Below are positions 1 to 8,989 of a stretch of 64,000 nt of DNA, in pieces (position 1 is the first letter of the stretch; every line of letters starts with the position of its first letter). The stretch is taken from contig JACZXZ010000007.1 of NCBI GenBank assembly GCA_022571365.1, positions 3,366 through 67,365 on the forward strand, written 5' to 3'. A program made the translations under genes and the position numbers. The notes below the pieces were generated by a model. That model was not told where the DNA came from, made no database searches, and was given only the letters and a program-made list of their open reading frames with translations. Origin of the DNA: Pseudomonadota bacterium. GTDB taxonomy: Bacteria; Pseudomonadota; Alphaproteobacteria; G022571365.

Positions 1-1143
1 TCGCTCGAGGACATCCACATGAACATAGAGGCCCGGCTCGAGGAACTCATCGGCGAGGCCGCCGGCCGGTTGCACACGGCGCGCTCGCGCAACGACCAGG
101 TGGCGACCGACCTCCGCATGTGGGTGCGCGACGCCCTCGACGGCCTCGACCACGCGGTCCGCGAGCTGCAGGCCGCGCTCATCACCCAGGCCGAGCACCA
201 CGCCGCCACCGTGATGCCCGGCCTCACGCACCTGCAGGGGGCCCAGCCGGTGACCTTCGGCCACCACCTCCTGGCCTATGTCGAGATGTTCGGCCGCGAC
301 CGCGGGCGGCTGGCCGATTGCCGGCGGCGTTTGAACGAGTGCCCGCTGGGCGCGGGCGCGCTCGCCGGCACCGCGTTTCAAATCGACCGGGAGGCGACGG
401 CCCGTGCGCTGGGCTTCGACCGGCCCGCGGCCAATTCGCTGGACGCCGTTTCGGACCGCGACTTCGCGCTCGAGTTCCTGGCTGCTGGGGCGATCGCGGT
501 GGTCCATCTCTCGCGGCTCGCCGAGGAGATCGTGCTGTGGACGAGCGAGCGCTTCGGCTTCGTCAGGCTTTCCGACGCCTTCACCACCGGCAGCTCGATC
601 ATGCCCCAGAAGCGCAACCCCGACGCGGCCGAGCTGGTGCGCGCCAAGGCGGGCCGCATCCTCGGCGCGTTGGCCGGATTGCTTGCCGTGATGAAGGGCC
701 TGCCTCTGGCCTATGCCAAGGACATGCAAGAGGACAAGGCGCCGGTGTTCGACACCGCCGACACCCTGACGCTCTGCCTCGCGGCCATGACCGGCATGGT
801 TCGCGACATGACGGTCGATGCCGACGCCATGCGGGCCGCCGCGGCGGAGGGTTTCACCACCGCCACCGATCTTGCCGACTGGCTGGTGCGCGCGCTCGGC
901 CTGCCGTTCCGCAAAGCCCACCAGATCACCGGTCGGCTGGTGAGGATGGCCGAGGAGAAGGGCTGCGGCTTGGCCGATCTGGACCTCGCCCAGATGCAGT
1001 CGGTGGAGCCGGCGATCACCGCCGAGCTGTTCGGCGTGCTCGGCGTGGAGGAGTCGGTTGCGAGCCGCACCAGCTTCGGCGGCACCGCCCCGGACAACGT
1101 GCGCCGGGCCGCCGCCGCCGCCCGGGAGAGGTACCTCAGATGA
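1..1143 (+). CDS. argH: argininosuccinate lyase, 5'-truncated at window edge
   Basis: ORF 19..1143 is open in frame back to nt 1. Translation carries the fumarate-lyase signature [12 protein letters not shown] and ArgH-like blocks ([13 protein letters not shown]). Confidence 0.9.
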   Translation, partial: SLEDIHMNIEARLEELIGEAAGRLHTARSRNDQVATDLRMWVRDALDGLDHAVRELQAALITQAEHHAATVMPGLTHLQGAQPVTFGHHLLAYVEMFGRDRGRLADCRRRLNECPLGAGALAGTAFQIDREATARALGFDRPAANSLDAVSDRDFALEFLAAGAIAVVHLSRLAEEIVLWTSERFGFVRLSDAFTTGSSIMPQKRNPDAAELVRAKAGRILGALAGLLAVMKGLPLAYAKDMQEDKAPVFDTADTLTLCLAAMTGMVRDMTVDADAMRAAAAEGFTTATDLADWLVRALGLPFRKAHQITGRLVRMAEEKGCGLADLDLAQMQSVEPAITAELFGVLGVEESVASRTSFGGTAPDNVRRAAAAARERYLR

Positions 1144-1286
1144 AAGCGTTTCACCTAGGCCGTCTGATCGCCCTCGTCCTCCTCGCGATCGCGCTCGCCG
1201 CGCCGCTTGGCGCCTGCGGCAAGAAGGGGCCGCTTGAGCCCCCGGACAAGGAAAGCGAGTATCCGAGGACGTATCCCAGTGAGTGA
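1140..1286 (+). CDS. small putative lipoprotein (49 aa)
   Basis: ATG overlaps the argH stop (ATGA). Product [26 protein letters not shown]... has a signal peptide and a lipobox-like LGAC. It is the tail of frame-shadow ORF 120..1286. A small lipoprotein between argH and lysA is conserved in alphaproteobacteria. Confidence 0.5.
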   Translation: MKAFHLGRLIALVLLAIALAAPLGACGKKGPLEPPDKESEYPRTYPSE

Positions 1287-2574
1287 TTTCGCCTACCGCG
1301 ACGGTCAGCTTCACGCCGAGGAAGTGCCGATCCCGCGGATTGCCGAGGATGTCGGCACGCCGTTCTATTGTTACGCCAGCGCCGGCCTGAAGCGCCGCTA
1401 CCGCGCCTTCGCCGACGCCTTCGCCGGACTGCCGGCGACCATCTGCTACGCGCTCAAGGCCAATTCCAATCTCGCTGTCGTGCGCACCCTGGCGACGCTT
1501 GGCGCCGGCGCCGACGTGGTCTCGGAGGGCGAGCTCAGGCGTGCGCTCGCCGTGGGCGTGCCGGCCGCGAAGATCGTCTTTTCCGGAGTCGGCAAGACCG
1601 AGGGCGAGCTGGCCCTGGCGCTCGAGACCGGCATCCTGCAGGTCAACGTCGAGTCGGAGTCTGAGCTCGAGGCGCTCAGTAACCTCGCCCGGGCGCGGGG
1701 GGTGAAAGCGCGGGTGGCGCTTCGGGTCAATCCCGATGTCGAGGCCGGCACCCACGAGAAGATCACCACCGGCCGGAAGGGCAGCAAGTTCGGTATCGAG
1801 GTGGAGCGGGTGCCCGGGCTCTATGCCCGCGCCGCCACGCTCTCCGGCATCGAGCCGGTGGGCCTCGCCGTCCATATCGGCTCGCAGATCACCGACCTCG
1901 CCCCGTTCAGGGCCGCCTTCGCGCGCATCGCGGGCCTGGTGGCCGAGCTCAGGGCCGCCGGTCATGCCGTCCGCCGGCTCGACCTCGGCGGCGGTCTCGG
2001 CATCGCTTACGGGCGCGAGACGCCGCCCAGCCCGGCCGAATACGCCAGCCTGGTCGAAGCGGTCATCGGCCCGCTCGAGGCGGAGCTGGTACTCGAGCCG
2101 GGCCGTGCGCTGGTCGGCGACGCCGGCGTGCTGGTCACCCGCGTGCTTCATGTCAAGGACGGGTCGACACGCCGCTACGTCATCGTCGACGCGGCGATGA
2201 ACGACCTCTTGCGCCCCGCGCTCTACGATGCCTATCACGCCATCAGGCTGGTTCAGGAGGCTCCGGCCGAAGCCGCAACGGCGCCGGTCGACGTGGTCGG
2301 GCCGGTGTGCGAGAGCGGGGACAGCTTTGCCGTCGGGCGCAGGCTGCCGCCGGTCGGGTCCGGCGACCTTCTCGTCATTGACTCGGCCGGCGCCTATGGA
2401 GCGGTCATGGCATCGAGCTACAATAGCCGACCCCCTGCGCCCGAGGTCCTGGTCAAAGGCACCGAGTACGCCGTGGTGCGGCCGCGCCCGGACATCGACG
2501 ATCTCCTGGGCCAGGACCTCATGCCCGACTGGCTTGCGGCACCGGGCGAGACCCGGTCGCGGGGGGCGGCGTGA
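1279..2574 (+). CDS. lysA: diaminopimelate decarboxylase
   Basis: ORF 1207..2574. GTG at 1279 ([16 protein letters not shown]...) gives 431 aa, typical for LysA. Shows the PLP-dependent Orn/DAP/Arg decarboxylase fold-III pattern (CYALKAN, GLGIAY, CESGD). Start is approximate. Confidence 0.88.
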   Translation: MSDFAYRDGQLHAEEVPIPRIAEDVGTPFYCYASAGLKRRYRAFADAFAGLPATICYALKANSNLAVVRTLATLGAGADVVSEGELRRALAVGVPAAKIVFSGVGKTEGELALALETGILQVNVESESELEALSNLARARGVKARVALRVNPDVEAGTHEKITTGRKGSKFGIEVERVPGLYARAATLSGIEPVGLAVHIGSQITDLAPFRAAFARIAGLVAELRAAGHAVRRLDLGGGLGIAYGRETPPSPAEYASLVEAVIGPLEAELVLEPGRALVGDAGVLVTRVLHVKDGSTRRYVIVDAAMNDLLRPALYDAYHAIRLVQEAPAEAATAPVDVVGPVCESGDSFAVGRRLPPVGSGDLLVIDSAGAYGAVMASSYNSRPPAPEVLVKGTEYAVVRPRPDIDDLLGQDLMPDWLAAPGETRSRGAA

Positions 2575-2602
2575 TGAAGGCCGGACCCGGCAGGGCCGAG
2601 CC

Positions 2603-2861
2603 ATGATCCAGGAGCGGGCGGCGCTGCCCCGGTTTCGCCTGCTCCTCGCCTGGGCGGCGCTCCTGTGGGAGCGGCTGTGGCCCGCTGGGCCGACCGCTGC
2701 CGGGCTATGGCGTGCTTGATACCAGCGACATCGATATCCCAGAGGAAAGGGATGTACAGAGGGCGCGCATCATTTTCGAGGAGCTTCGCCGCCGCGCCGG
2801 CCAGCGGTACCGCCCGGAGCCGGAGCGCGCATATATCAACCGTCTGCTGCGCCGCTTCTGA
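2603..2861 (+). pseudogene. remnant of a conserved inner-membrane gene (DUF4175/TIGR02302-like): N-terminal 39 codons fused out of frame to ~46 C-terminal codons
   Basis: N-fragment MIQERAALPRFRLLLAWAALLWERLWPA... stops at 2717-2719. A different frame continues ...DIDIPEERDVQRARIIFEELRRRAGQRYRPEPERAYINRLLRRF* to the stop at 2859-2861. The WERLWPA motif is typical of the gene that follows lysA in alphaproteobacteria. Confidence 0.35.
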
Positions 2862-3138
2862 TCACCGGTCCCGGCCGACCGCCTGAAGAGCAGCGCTCCC
2901 TCCGTAGTGTCTTAAGATCCCCTTGAGCGCGATCGGCGTCCAGGTGCCCCGGTCGACCAGCGCTTCGAGAACGCCGGCGCGCCGATTGAGCAGGGCTCCG
3001 CCTGACCGGACCCCGGCGGTGGCGCGTCCGCGTTGGGCCGGTAACAGCCAATTGCGTATGGCGCATTTGTTGCAACAAAAAACCGCTTGCTATCGCGTGA
3101 ATATATATCCAAAAAAACACACCCTTAGGAGGCAGACG

Positions 3139-4005
3139 ATGTCCGACCACCTATCACGATTTCGCGCAGTGCGGCGGTGGGTTTTGGCGGGCGTCGCGGG
3201 CGCAATCGTGGCCGCGGCGCTGGCCCTCGGGCTGGGCCTCGCCCCGGCGGTTGCGGAAGAGCCCCCGGCCGGCGAGGCGTCGGAACCCTTCCCGCCCTAT
3301 CCTGAGGTGTGGGGCCGGGAGCTGCCCTATCCCGGGGACGGCAGCTATTCCATCCACCAGGAAGTGTTCGAGGCCCCGGACGGCAGGGTGATTGTCAGTA
3401 TCTACGCCAGTCCTCTGCGCTCGGATGAGTTTGAATATCGCGTGTTGGACTTCTTCTCCGGCGAGATGCGGACCATCGACAAAAAGATCTCCTACGACAT
3501 CCGGTCTGGCGGGAAGCACAAGCGCTTGTACGCACTGGATATCGAGCTGGCCGACGGTGGCAGGCTCACATACAAGAGCCACCGGGTTAGTAACTGCACG
3601 GTCACCTACAACATCCATTACGTCAAGCGCGACAGAGATGGAGAGATCGTCGCCGACAAGATGCTGCTCTATCTCTACGACCGGCCCGTGCGCGTCGATG
3701 TCAACCCCTACTGCGAGATCAGTAGCGATCGGGCCCATTTCCACCAGAACTGGCGCCAGGTTGGGCTCGCGTTCGCACCGCTCAAGGACGGGACCTTTCT
3801 TGCTTACGACGGACCTTTCATCATTCGCTTCGATCCGGACCTGAACTCGCCCTTCATCGACAACAAGCGGCTGTTCCTGCTCGACCGGGTGGTGGTGATG
3901 GACCTGGTCGATGAGGCCTTCGCCCGCGATGGACCCAGCCTTCAGAACATCGACGACGTGATTTACGACTATCTCATCAAGCTTAGGGAGGAAGCACACA
4001 AATGA
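3139..4005 (+). CDS. hypothetical secreted/periplasmic protein (288 aa), no recognisable domain
   Basis: Strong SD (AGGAGG at 3127-3132) 6 nt before ATG 3139. N-terminus MSDHLSRFRAVRRWVLAGVAGAIVAAALALGLGLAPAVAEE looks like a signal peptide (possibly Tat, RRW motif). GC ~55% versus ~68% background. Confidence 0.6.
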   Translation: MSDHLSRFRAVRRWVLAGVAGAIVAAALALGLGLAPAVAEEPPAGEASEPFPPYPEVWGRELPYPGDGSYSIHQEVFEAPDGRVIVSIYASPLRSDEFEYRVLDFFSGEMRTIDKKISYDIRSGGKHKRLYALDIELADGGRLTYKSHRVSNCTVTYNIHYVKRDRDGEIVADKMLLYLYDRPVRVDVNPYCEISSDRAHFHQNWRQVGLAFAPLKDGTFLAYDGPFIIRFDPDLNSPFIDNKRLFLLDRVVVMDLVDEAFARDGPSLQNIDDVIYDYLIKLREEAHK

Positions 4006-5471
4006 CCCAGGCCATTAGACCGAAGACGCGGTTTCAAGACTTATTGTTCAAGCATTTCTCGCAAGGCGGCGAGGTCGCGAGCCCGGAGGAGGGCTGGCGG
4101 TTGACCTCTCCGCCCACGCCGAATAGCGGCTATAGCGTCGGCTGGATCCAGCTCGACCTTTCCAGTGCGGATAAGAAAAGTGAATTCGACGCCATCATGG
4201 CCGTTCTCGCCCGCGATCCCGTGCTAAATGAGAATATCGAGGCTATTCGCACAGCGCTGGAGAAGAAGGATGCCGACCTCACGGCGAGCGACAAATCTGT
4301 GATCAAGCAGTATGGCGACCTCATCAACCAGGCGCTGGCGAGCCCGGAAGGGAAGAGGACCCTCGACCAGATCGGGTTTGAGCGGCTGGAGGAGATAGAA
4401 GACGACATAGAGCACTTGAAGAGCATCGCCGGCCCCGAGGCCAAGCCCTTCCTCGAATCCCAGGAGGGCCAACTGCTCATCGCCGATTACATCAACCAGT
4501 TCGGCCCGCCGTCTCCGGACAAGCTCCAAAGATTCGTCCAGGGCGGGGAGGTCGAGCTCAACGACGGCAAGAACAAGATCAAGCTCGACGGCCCGCTGAC
4601 GTTCGAGAAATGGCGGGAGTATGTAGACAAGACACGCTTCGGCGAGAGCCACCCGACCATCATCGACAGCCGTTTCGACAACGTGAAGGACACGCTCGGA
4701 CGACACCGCCTTCTCCCGGACGCGCCGCGCGTCCGTCCGCAAGGCCAGCAGCCGGCCACGCCGTCCGGCGCACCCGGCCAGCGCTCGGGCCTCGAGGAGG
4801 ACAAGGCCGCCGCGCGCGCAGGCTCCGGGGCGGACCTCGCCGCCTCGCCCGAAGGGCGCCGGTTCCTCGCCGCGCTCAAGCCCAAGGCCGGCGAGGAAGT
4901 GGAGGAGGTTCTCTTGAAGCCCGTGAACCAGTGGACCAAAGGAGAGATGGGCGCCCTCATGGACGATCCCGACTACTGGCGGACCGCCGGGCCCCGGGGC
5001 CGGCTCCTGCAGGACAAGGCGCGGGCCTGGCACGACCACTTCTTCGGGACCGGCCCGGCGCCGGAGGACGAGACCGGCCGGATGCTGCCCTCGCGCCCGT
5101 CCCATCCCATCCCCACGGCCCCGGCCCCGGTTCGGGCGGCCGACGGCGGCGACCTTGCCGGTAGCGTGCTCGGCATCGGCAAGCGGGTGCTCGCCGCCGC
5201 GGCCGAGTCGGGCCTGAGTGAAGCGATCAGGGGCCTGCAGGGGGGCCTCAACGGCCTGCAGACCGGCGACCTCAACGGCCTCGCGGGGGTGAGGAGCGGG
5301 GCCATCGGGATGGACCGGCCGGCGCTCGCCGTCGATGGGATCTTCGGACCCAAGACCCGGTGGCGGCTCCGCCAAACCGTGGCCCGCTTCGGCCGGGCTC
5401 CGGTGGAGAAGAGCTTCGCCCGCAGCTTCGCGCGATTCCGCCCCAGCCACCGCCCGGGATCACGGGTCTAA
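4002..5471 (+). CDS. hypothetical protein (489 aa) with Pro/Ala/Gly-rich linker and C-terminal peptidoglycan-binding-like motif
   Basis: ATG overlaps the upstream stop (ATGA), suggesting translational coupling. N-terminal ~230 aa is low-GC and acidic with no known motif. C-terminus has ...LAVDGIFGPKTRWRLRQ..., resembling the DGxFGxxT core of PG_binding_1 domains. No signal peptide seen. Confidence 0.6.
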   Translation: MTQAIRPKTRFQDLLFKHFSQGGEVASPEEGWRLTSPPTPNSGYSVGWIQLDLSSADKKSEFDAIMAVLARDPVLNENIEAIRTALEKKDADLTASDKSVIKQYGDLINQALASPEGKRTLDQIGFERLEEIEDDIEHLKSIAGPEAKPFLESQEGQLLIADYINQFGPPSPDKLQRFVQGGEVELNDGKNKIKLDGPLTFEKWREYVDKTRFGESHPTIIDSRFDNVKDTLGRHRLLPDAPRVRPQGQQPATPSGAPGQRSGLEEDKAAARAGSGADLAASPEGRRFLAALKPKAGEEVEEVLLKPVNQWTKGEMGALMDDPDYWRTAGPRGRLLQDKARAWHDHFFGTGPAPEDETGRMLPSRPSHPIPTAPAPVRAADGGDLAGSVLGIGKRVLAAAAESGLSEAIRGLQGGLNGLQTGDLNGLAGVRSGAIGMDRPALAVDGIFGPKTRWRLRQTVARFGRAPVEKSFARSFARFRPSHRPGSRV

Positions 5472-5889
5472 GGACTCGGCACGGGAGCCGCTTCGCCGCC
5501 CCCTTCCCGCTCCGCACCCTGAGAGGCCGAACTCCGCCTCCGCGCCCGGACGGACGGCCCGGGCATTCGCCGCGCGCCCGGGGTTACCCCAAAGCGTGGT
5601 TGCTTTCCCGGAACGGTTTCCCTTTGGTCCAAGGCATTGACCGCCCCGGCCGATCCCGTCGCTGTCGTCCGGTCATCGCGGCGGTCGCGCCTTTGCCCAG
5701 ACCTTATCTACCAGACTTTGATCTATGAGGTGATTTCCGGCCGCCGCCGGGGTATTAAGGAGGCGCGGGCAGCCGTTGGCGGCCGGTCTCCGGTGACCGG
5801 TCGTTCGCCGGCAATGATCGTTGGCTGTCACCGGTGGCCGATCTTCGACGGCCGGTCCTTGGCGGCCAGTCCTTGGTGATGGGTGGGCG

Positions 5890-6870
5890 ATGACCGTTCT
5901 GGTAACCGGCGCGGCCGGGTTCATCGGCTTTCATGTCGCGACGGCGCTCTTGAAGCGCGGCGAGCGGGTGATCGGGGTCGACAACCTGAACGACTACTAT
6001 GATGTGGCGCTCAAGCAAGCCCGTCTGGACGGGCTCGCCCGCCACGACAGCTTTGCCTTCCACCGTATCGACATCGCCGACCAGGCGGCGATGGAAGGCC
6101 TCGCCGGGACCTACCCCGACATCACCCGGGTGGTGCACTTGGCCGCCCAGGCGGGGGTGCGGTACTCGCTGACCCATCCCCAGGCCTACATCCACGCCAA
6201 TCTCGAAGGGCATTTCGCGGTGCTCGAGACCTGCCGCCGGCTCGACCGGCTCGAGCATCTGGTCTACGCCAGCTCGTCCACGGTCTATAGCGGCATCACC
6301 AGGCTGCCGTTCTCGATCGAGGAGCGCGTCGACCGGCCGATCTCCCTCTACGCCGCGACCAAGATCTCCGGCGAGCTGATGAGCTATTGCTACAGCCACC
6401 TCTACGGGCTGCCCATGACCGGCTTGAGGTTCTTCACCGCCTACGGGCCCTGGGGCCGGCCCGACCTGTCGGCCTATATCTTCACCCGCCAGATCCTGGC
6501 CGGGGAGCCGATCCAGGTGTTCAACCACGGCGACATGAAGCGGGACTTCACCTATATCGACGACGCGGTGGCCGGTGCGGTGGCTGCCCTCGACCGCCCG
6601 CCGGCGGCCCGGGACGGGGCGGCGCCGCACCGCCTCTACAACCTGGGCAATCACCGGAGCGAGCCGTTGATGCGCTTCATCCAGGTGATCGAGAAGGCGG
6701 TCGGCCGCAAGGCCAAGATCAAGCTGGAGCCCATGCAGCCCGGCGACGCCAAGGAGACCTTCGCCGATATCACCGCCAGCCGGCGCGACCTCGGCTTCAA
6801 CCCGACCACCAACATCGACGAGGGCATCCCCAAGTTCGTGGCCTGGTTCCGCGACTACCACGGGGTCTAG
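5890..6870 (+). CDS. NAD-dependent epimerase/dehydratase (UDP-glucuronate/UDP-sugar 4-epimerase-like)
   Basis: ORF 5821..6870. ATG at 5890 gives MTVLVTGAAGFIGFHVA... (Rossmann GxxGxxG). YxxxK catalytic motif present (YAATKISGE). Confidence 0.85.
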   Translation: MTVLVTGAAGFIGFHVATALLKRGERVIGVDNLNDYYDVALKQARLDGLARHDSFAFHRIDIADQAAMEGLAGTYPDITRVVHLAAQAGVRYSLTHPQAYIHANLEGHFAVLETCRRLDRLEHLVYASSSTVYSGITRLPFSIEERVDRPISLYAATKISGELMSYCYSHLYGLPMTGLRFFTAYGPWGRPDLSAYIFTRQILAGEPIQVFNHGDMKRDFTYIDDAVAGAVAALDRPPAARDGAAPHRLYNLGNHRSEPLMRFIQVIEKAVGRKAKIKLEPMQPGDAKETFADITASRRDLGFNPTTNIDEGIPKFVAWFRDYHGV

Positions 6871-6874
6871 CTGG

Positions 6875-6958
6875 TAGCTGTCAGCCATTAGCCGCTAGCT
6901 ATTAGCCGTTAGCCATTAGCCGTTAGCCGTTAGCTATCAGCGTTCAGCCCTCAGCCTC
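6875..6958. repeat. 12 tandem copies of heptamer (T/C)AGCC(G/A)T
   Basis: Read directly: tagctgt cagccat tagccgc tagctat tagccgt tagccat tagccgt tagccgt tagctat cagcgtt cagccct cagcctc. Confidence 0.85.
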
Positions 6959-7020
6959 ATAAGCCGCCTGCGGAGGCGGCGCTAGCCGCCGCAACCTCAA
7001 AGCTAATAGCTAGCGGCTAA
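6888..7020. repeat. 18-bp perfect inverted repeats (ttagccgctagctattag / ctaatagctagcggctaa) flanking the heptamer array and a GC hairpin (6963-6980)
   Basis: Left arm 6888-6905 is the reverse complement of right arm 7003-7020. Internal hairpin is gccgcc-tgcgga-ggcggc. Lies between convergent epimerase and acyl-CoA ligase genes. Confidence 0.75.
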
Positions 7021-7035
7021 AACGGCCAGGGTTCC

Positions 7036-8829
7036 TCAATCGCCGTAAAGCGCCTCCAGGGCCGCGCCGTAAATCTCTTTGATCTTGTGCCGGCGGATCT
7101 TCAGGGTCGGGGTCAAAAGGCCGTTTTCCATGCCGAACGCCTCCCTTGCCAGCATGAAGCGGCGGACCCGTTCGATTGCGGAGAGGCCGCGGTTGACCCG
7201 CTCGACCGCCGGGGCGATCGCCCGGTGGAACCCGGAATCGCCGGCCAGGGCCGCGAGGCCGGCCGGCCTGCCGTGGGCTTCGGCCCAGCGTCCCATGACC
7301 TCTTCGTCGGGCACGATCAGGGCGACCAGATAGGGCCGGCGGTCGCCGTAGACCATGGCCTGGCTGATCTCCGGCTCGAGCGTGAGCTTGCCTTCGATGC
7401 GCTGGGGCGCGACGTTGTCGCCGCCGGAGTTTACGATGATGTCCTTCTTGCGGTCGGTGATCTGGAGGTAGCCGTCCTCGTCGATGAGCCCGATGTCGCC
7501 GGTATGGAGCCAGCCATCCCGGATCGCCTCCGCGGTCGCGGCATCGTCGCCCCAATAGCCCTGCATGACCAGCTCGCCTCTGACCAGGATCTCGCCGTCC
7601 CCGGCGATCCTGACCTCGACCCCGGTAAACGGCGGGCCGACGGTGTGGAGCTTGACCCGGCCCGGCGGGTTGCAGCTCACCACCGGCGCCGTCTCGGTCT
7701 GGCCGTAGCCCTGCAGGATATTGACGCCGAGCGCGGTGAAGAACAGGCCGATGTCGTAGCTGAGCGGGGCGCCGCCCGAGAGGAAGAATTTGAGCCGGCC
7801 GCCGAAGCGCGCCCTTAAGCGCCGCCGCACCAGGCGGTCGAGGACCGCGTCGACCAAGCGTTCATGCAGGCCAAGGCTCTCCGGCTTCTGGTATTTCCGC
7901 TTGCCCAGCTCGAGGGTCTTGAGAAACAGCTTTTCCTTCACCCCGGCGGCCCGCTCCACGCCGAGCGTGATGCGCTGGTACAGGGTCTCATAGAGGCGCG
8001 GCACCGCCGTCATGATGGTCGGCCGGACCTCGACCATGTTGGCGGCGAGATGCTCCGCCCCCTCGGCGTAGTAAATCTGGGCGCCGATGGTGATCGGGAA
8101 AAACTGCCCCGCGGTATGCTCGTAGGAGTGGCTCAAGGGCAGGAACGAGAGGAAAACCTCTTCGTCCTCGACGATGCCATCGGCGAACGCCTCAAGGGCG
8201 CCCTTGCAGTTGCTCAAAATAGCCCCGTGGCTCAGCATCACCCCCTTGGGCGTGCCGCCGGTGCCGGAGGTGTGGATGATGCAGGCGCTGTCGGTGCGCT
8301 TGAGGCGGGCGACCATGTCGGCGGCGTCGTCGGGCGCATCGCCGCCGCGCGCCAGCACCTCCGCCCAGGGGTGAATCTCGACACCGATATCCTGGCGGAG
8401 CCCGAGCGGCTCCATGGCGACCATGAACTCGAGCCGCGGCGCCCGGCGGGCGGCGTCGAGGAACGGCGGGGCCAGACGCGGGCCCGAGACGATGGCCGCC
8501 TTGGCGCCGCTGTTGGTGAGGACATGCAGGTGGTCGTCCGGCGCGTTGGTGGTGTAGGCCGGCACGGTGATGGCGCCGGCCGCCATGACGGCGACGTCGG
8601 AAATCAGCCATTCGGGGCGATTCTCGGCGATGAGCGCGACCCGGTCCCCGGGGCCGATGCCGAGGGCCCTCAGGCCCCGAGACAGGCGGCTGGCTTCGGC
8701 CGCGGCCTGGCGCCAGGACAGCGGCCGGTACCGGCCGTCGCGCTTGGCCCACAGGAACGGGCGGTCGCCGAGCCGGGCCGCCTGATCGAACAGCATCCGA
8801 GGGAGATTGGCGCAGGAGTCCGGGTTCAT
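7036..8829 (-). CDS. long-chain-fatty-acid--CoA ligase (AMP-dependent synthetase/ligase family)
   Basis: 597-aa ORF with AMP-binding motifs (IIHTSGTGGTPKGVMLSH, YGQTE, GWLHTGDIG). Confidence 0.85.
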   Translation of the reverse strand: MNPDSCANLPRMLFDQAARLGDRPFLWAKRDGRYRPLSWRQAAAEASRLSRGLRALGIGPGDRVALIAENRPEWLISDVAVMAAGAITVPAYTTNAPDDHLHVLTNSGAKAAIVSGPRLAPPFLDAARRAPRLEFMVAMEPLGLRQDIGVEIHPWAEVLARGGDAPDDAADMVARLKRTDSACIIHTSGTGGTPKGVMLSHGAILSNCKGALEAFADGIVEDEEVFLSFLPLSHSYEHTAGQFFPITIGAQIYYAEGAEHLAANMVEVRPTIMTAVPRLYETLYQRITLGVERAAGVKEKLFLKTLELGKRKYQKPESLGLHERLVDAVLDRLVRRRLRARFGGRLKFFLSGGAPLSYDIGLFFTALGVNILQGYGQTETAPVVSCNPPGRVKLHTVGPPFTGVEVRIAGDGEILVRGELVMQGYWGDDAATAEAIRDGWLHTGDIGLIDEDGYLQITDRKKDIIVNSGGDNVAPQRIEGKLTLEPEISQAMVYGDRRPYLVALIVPDEEVMGRWAEAHGRPAGLAALAGDSGFHRAIAPAVERVNRGLSAIERVRRFMLAREAFGMENGLLTPTLKIRRHKIKEIYGAALEALYGD

Positions 8830-8989
8830 CGCATCGAGCGGGCGGGCTTCACATCACGACATGCGGTCGGGATGGAAGTTAGCGGACCCCTCTGCTACAA
8901 AGCAACGTATTCGCGCGGGCATTCCCCCGTGAGGCTTGGCGCGCTTGCGATCAGGGCCTATATGGCTCGGGGCCTTCGAGGAGTAACGG

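Noticed and set aside
120-1286. 388-aa ORF overlapping argH in another frame
   Set aside because: Frame shadow of argH. Only its last 49 codons (1140..1286) correspond to a plausible small lipoprotein gene.
4224-5450. Large antisense ORFs opposite real genes (e.g. 4224..5450-, 5755..6888-, 7864..9141+, 10612..12348-, 13733..15400-, 25869..27041-, 30263..32131-, 32303..34237-, 37584..39233-, 40599..42527-, 42725..43735-, 60381..61946-, 61505..63748-)
   Set aside because: Typical stop-poor shadow frames of high-GC coding DNA. Their translations are Arg/Pro/Gly-rich low-complexity sequences with no motifs, and the opposite-strand genes are unambiguous.
5789-5812. Shared motif CCGGTGACCGGTCG...CCGGC at 5789-5812 and 21774-21793
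   Set aside because: Short, GC-rich and near-palindromic. Two occurrences in 64 kb of ~68% GC DNA could be chance. Mentioned only as a possible minor operator.
6875-6958. Heptamer array as a CRISPR locus
   Set aside because: Units are 7 bp with no spacers. No cas genes in the window.
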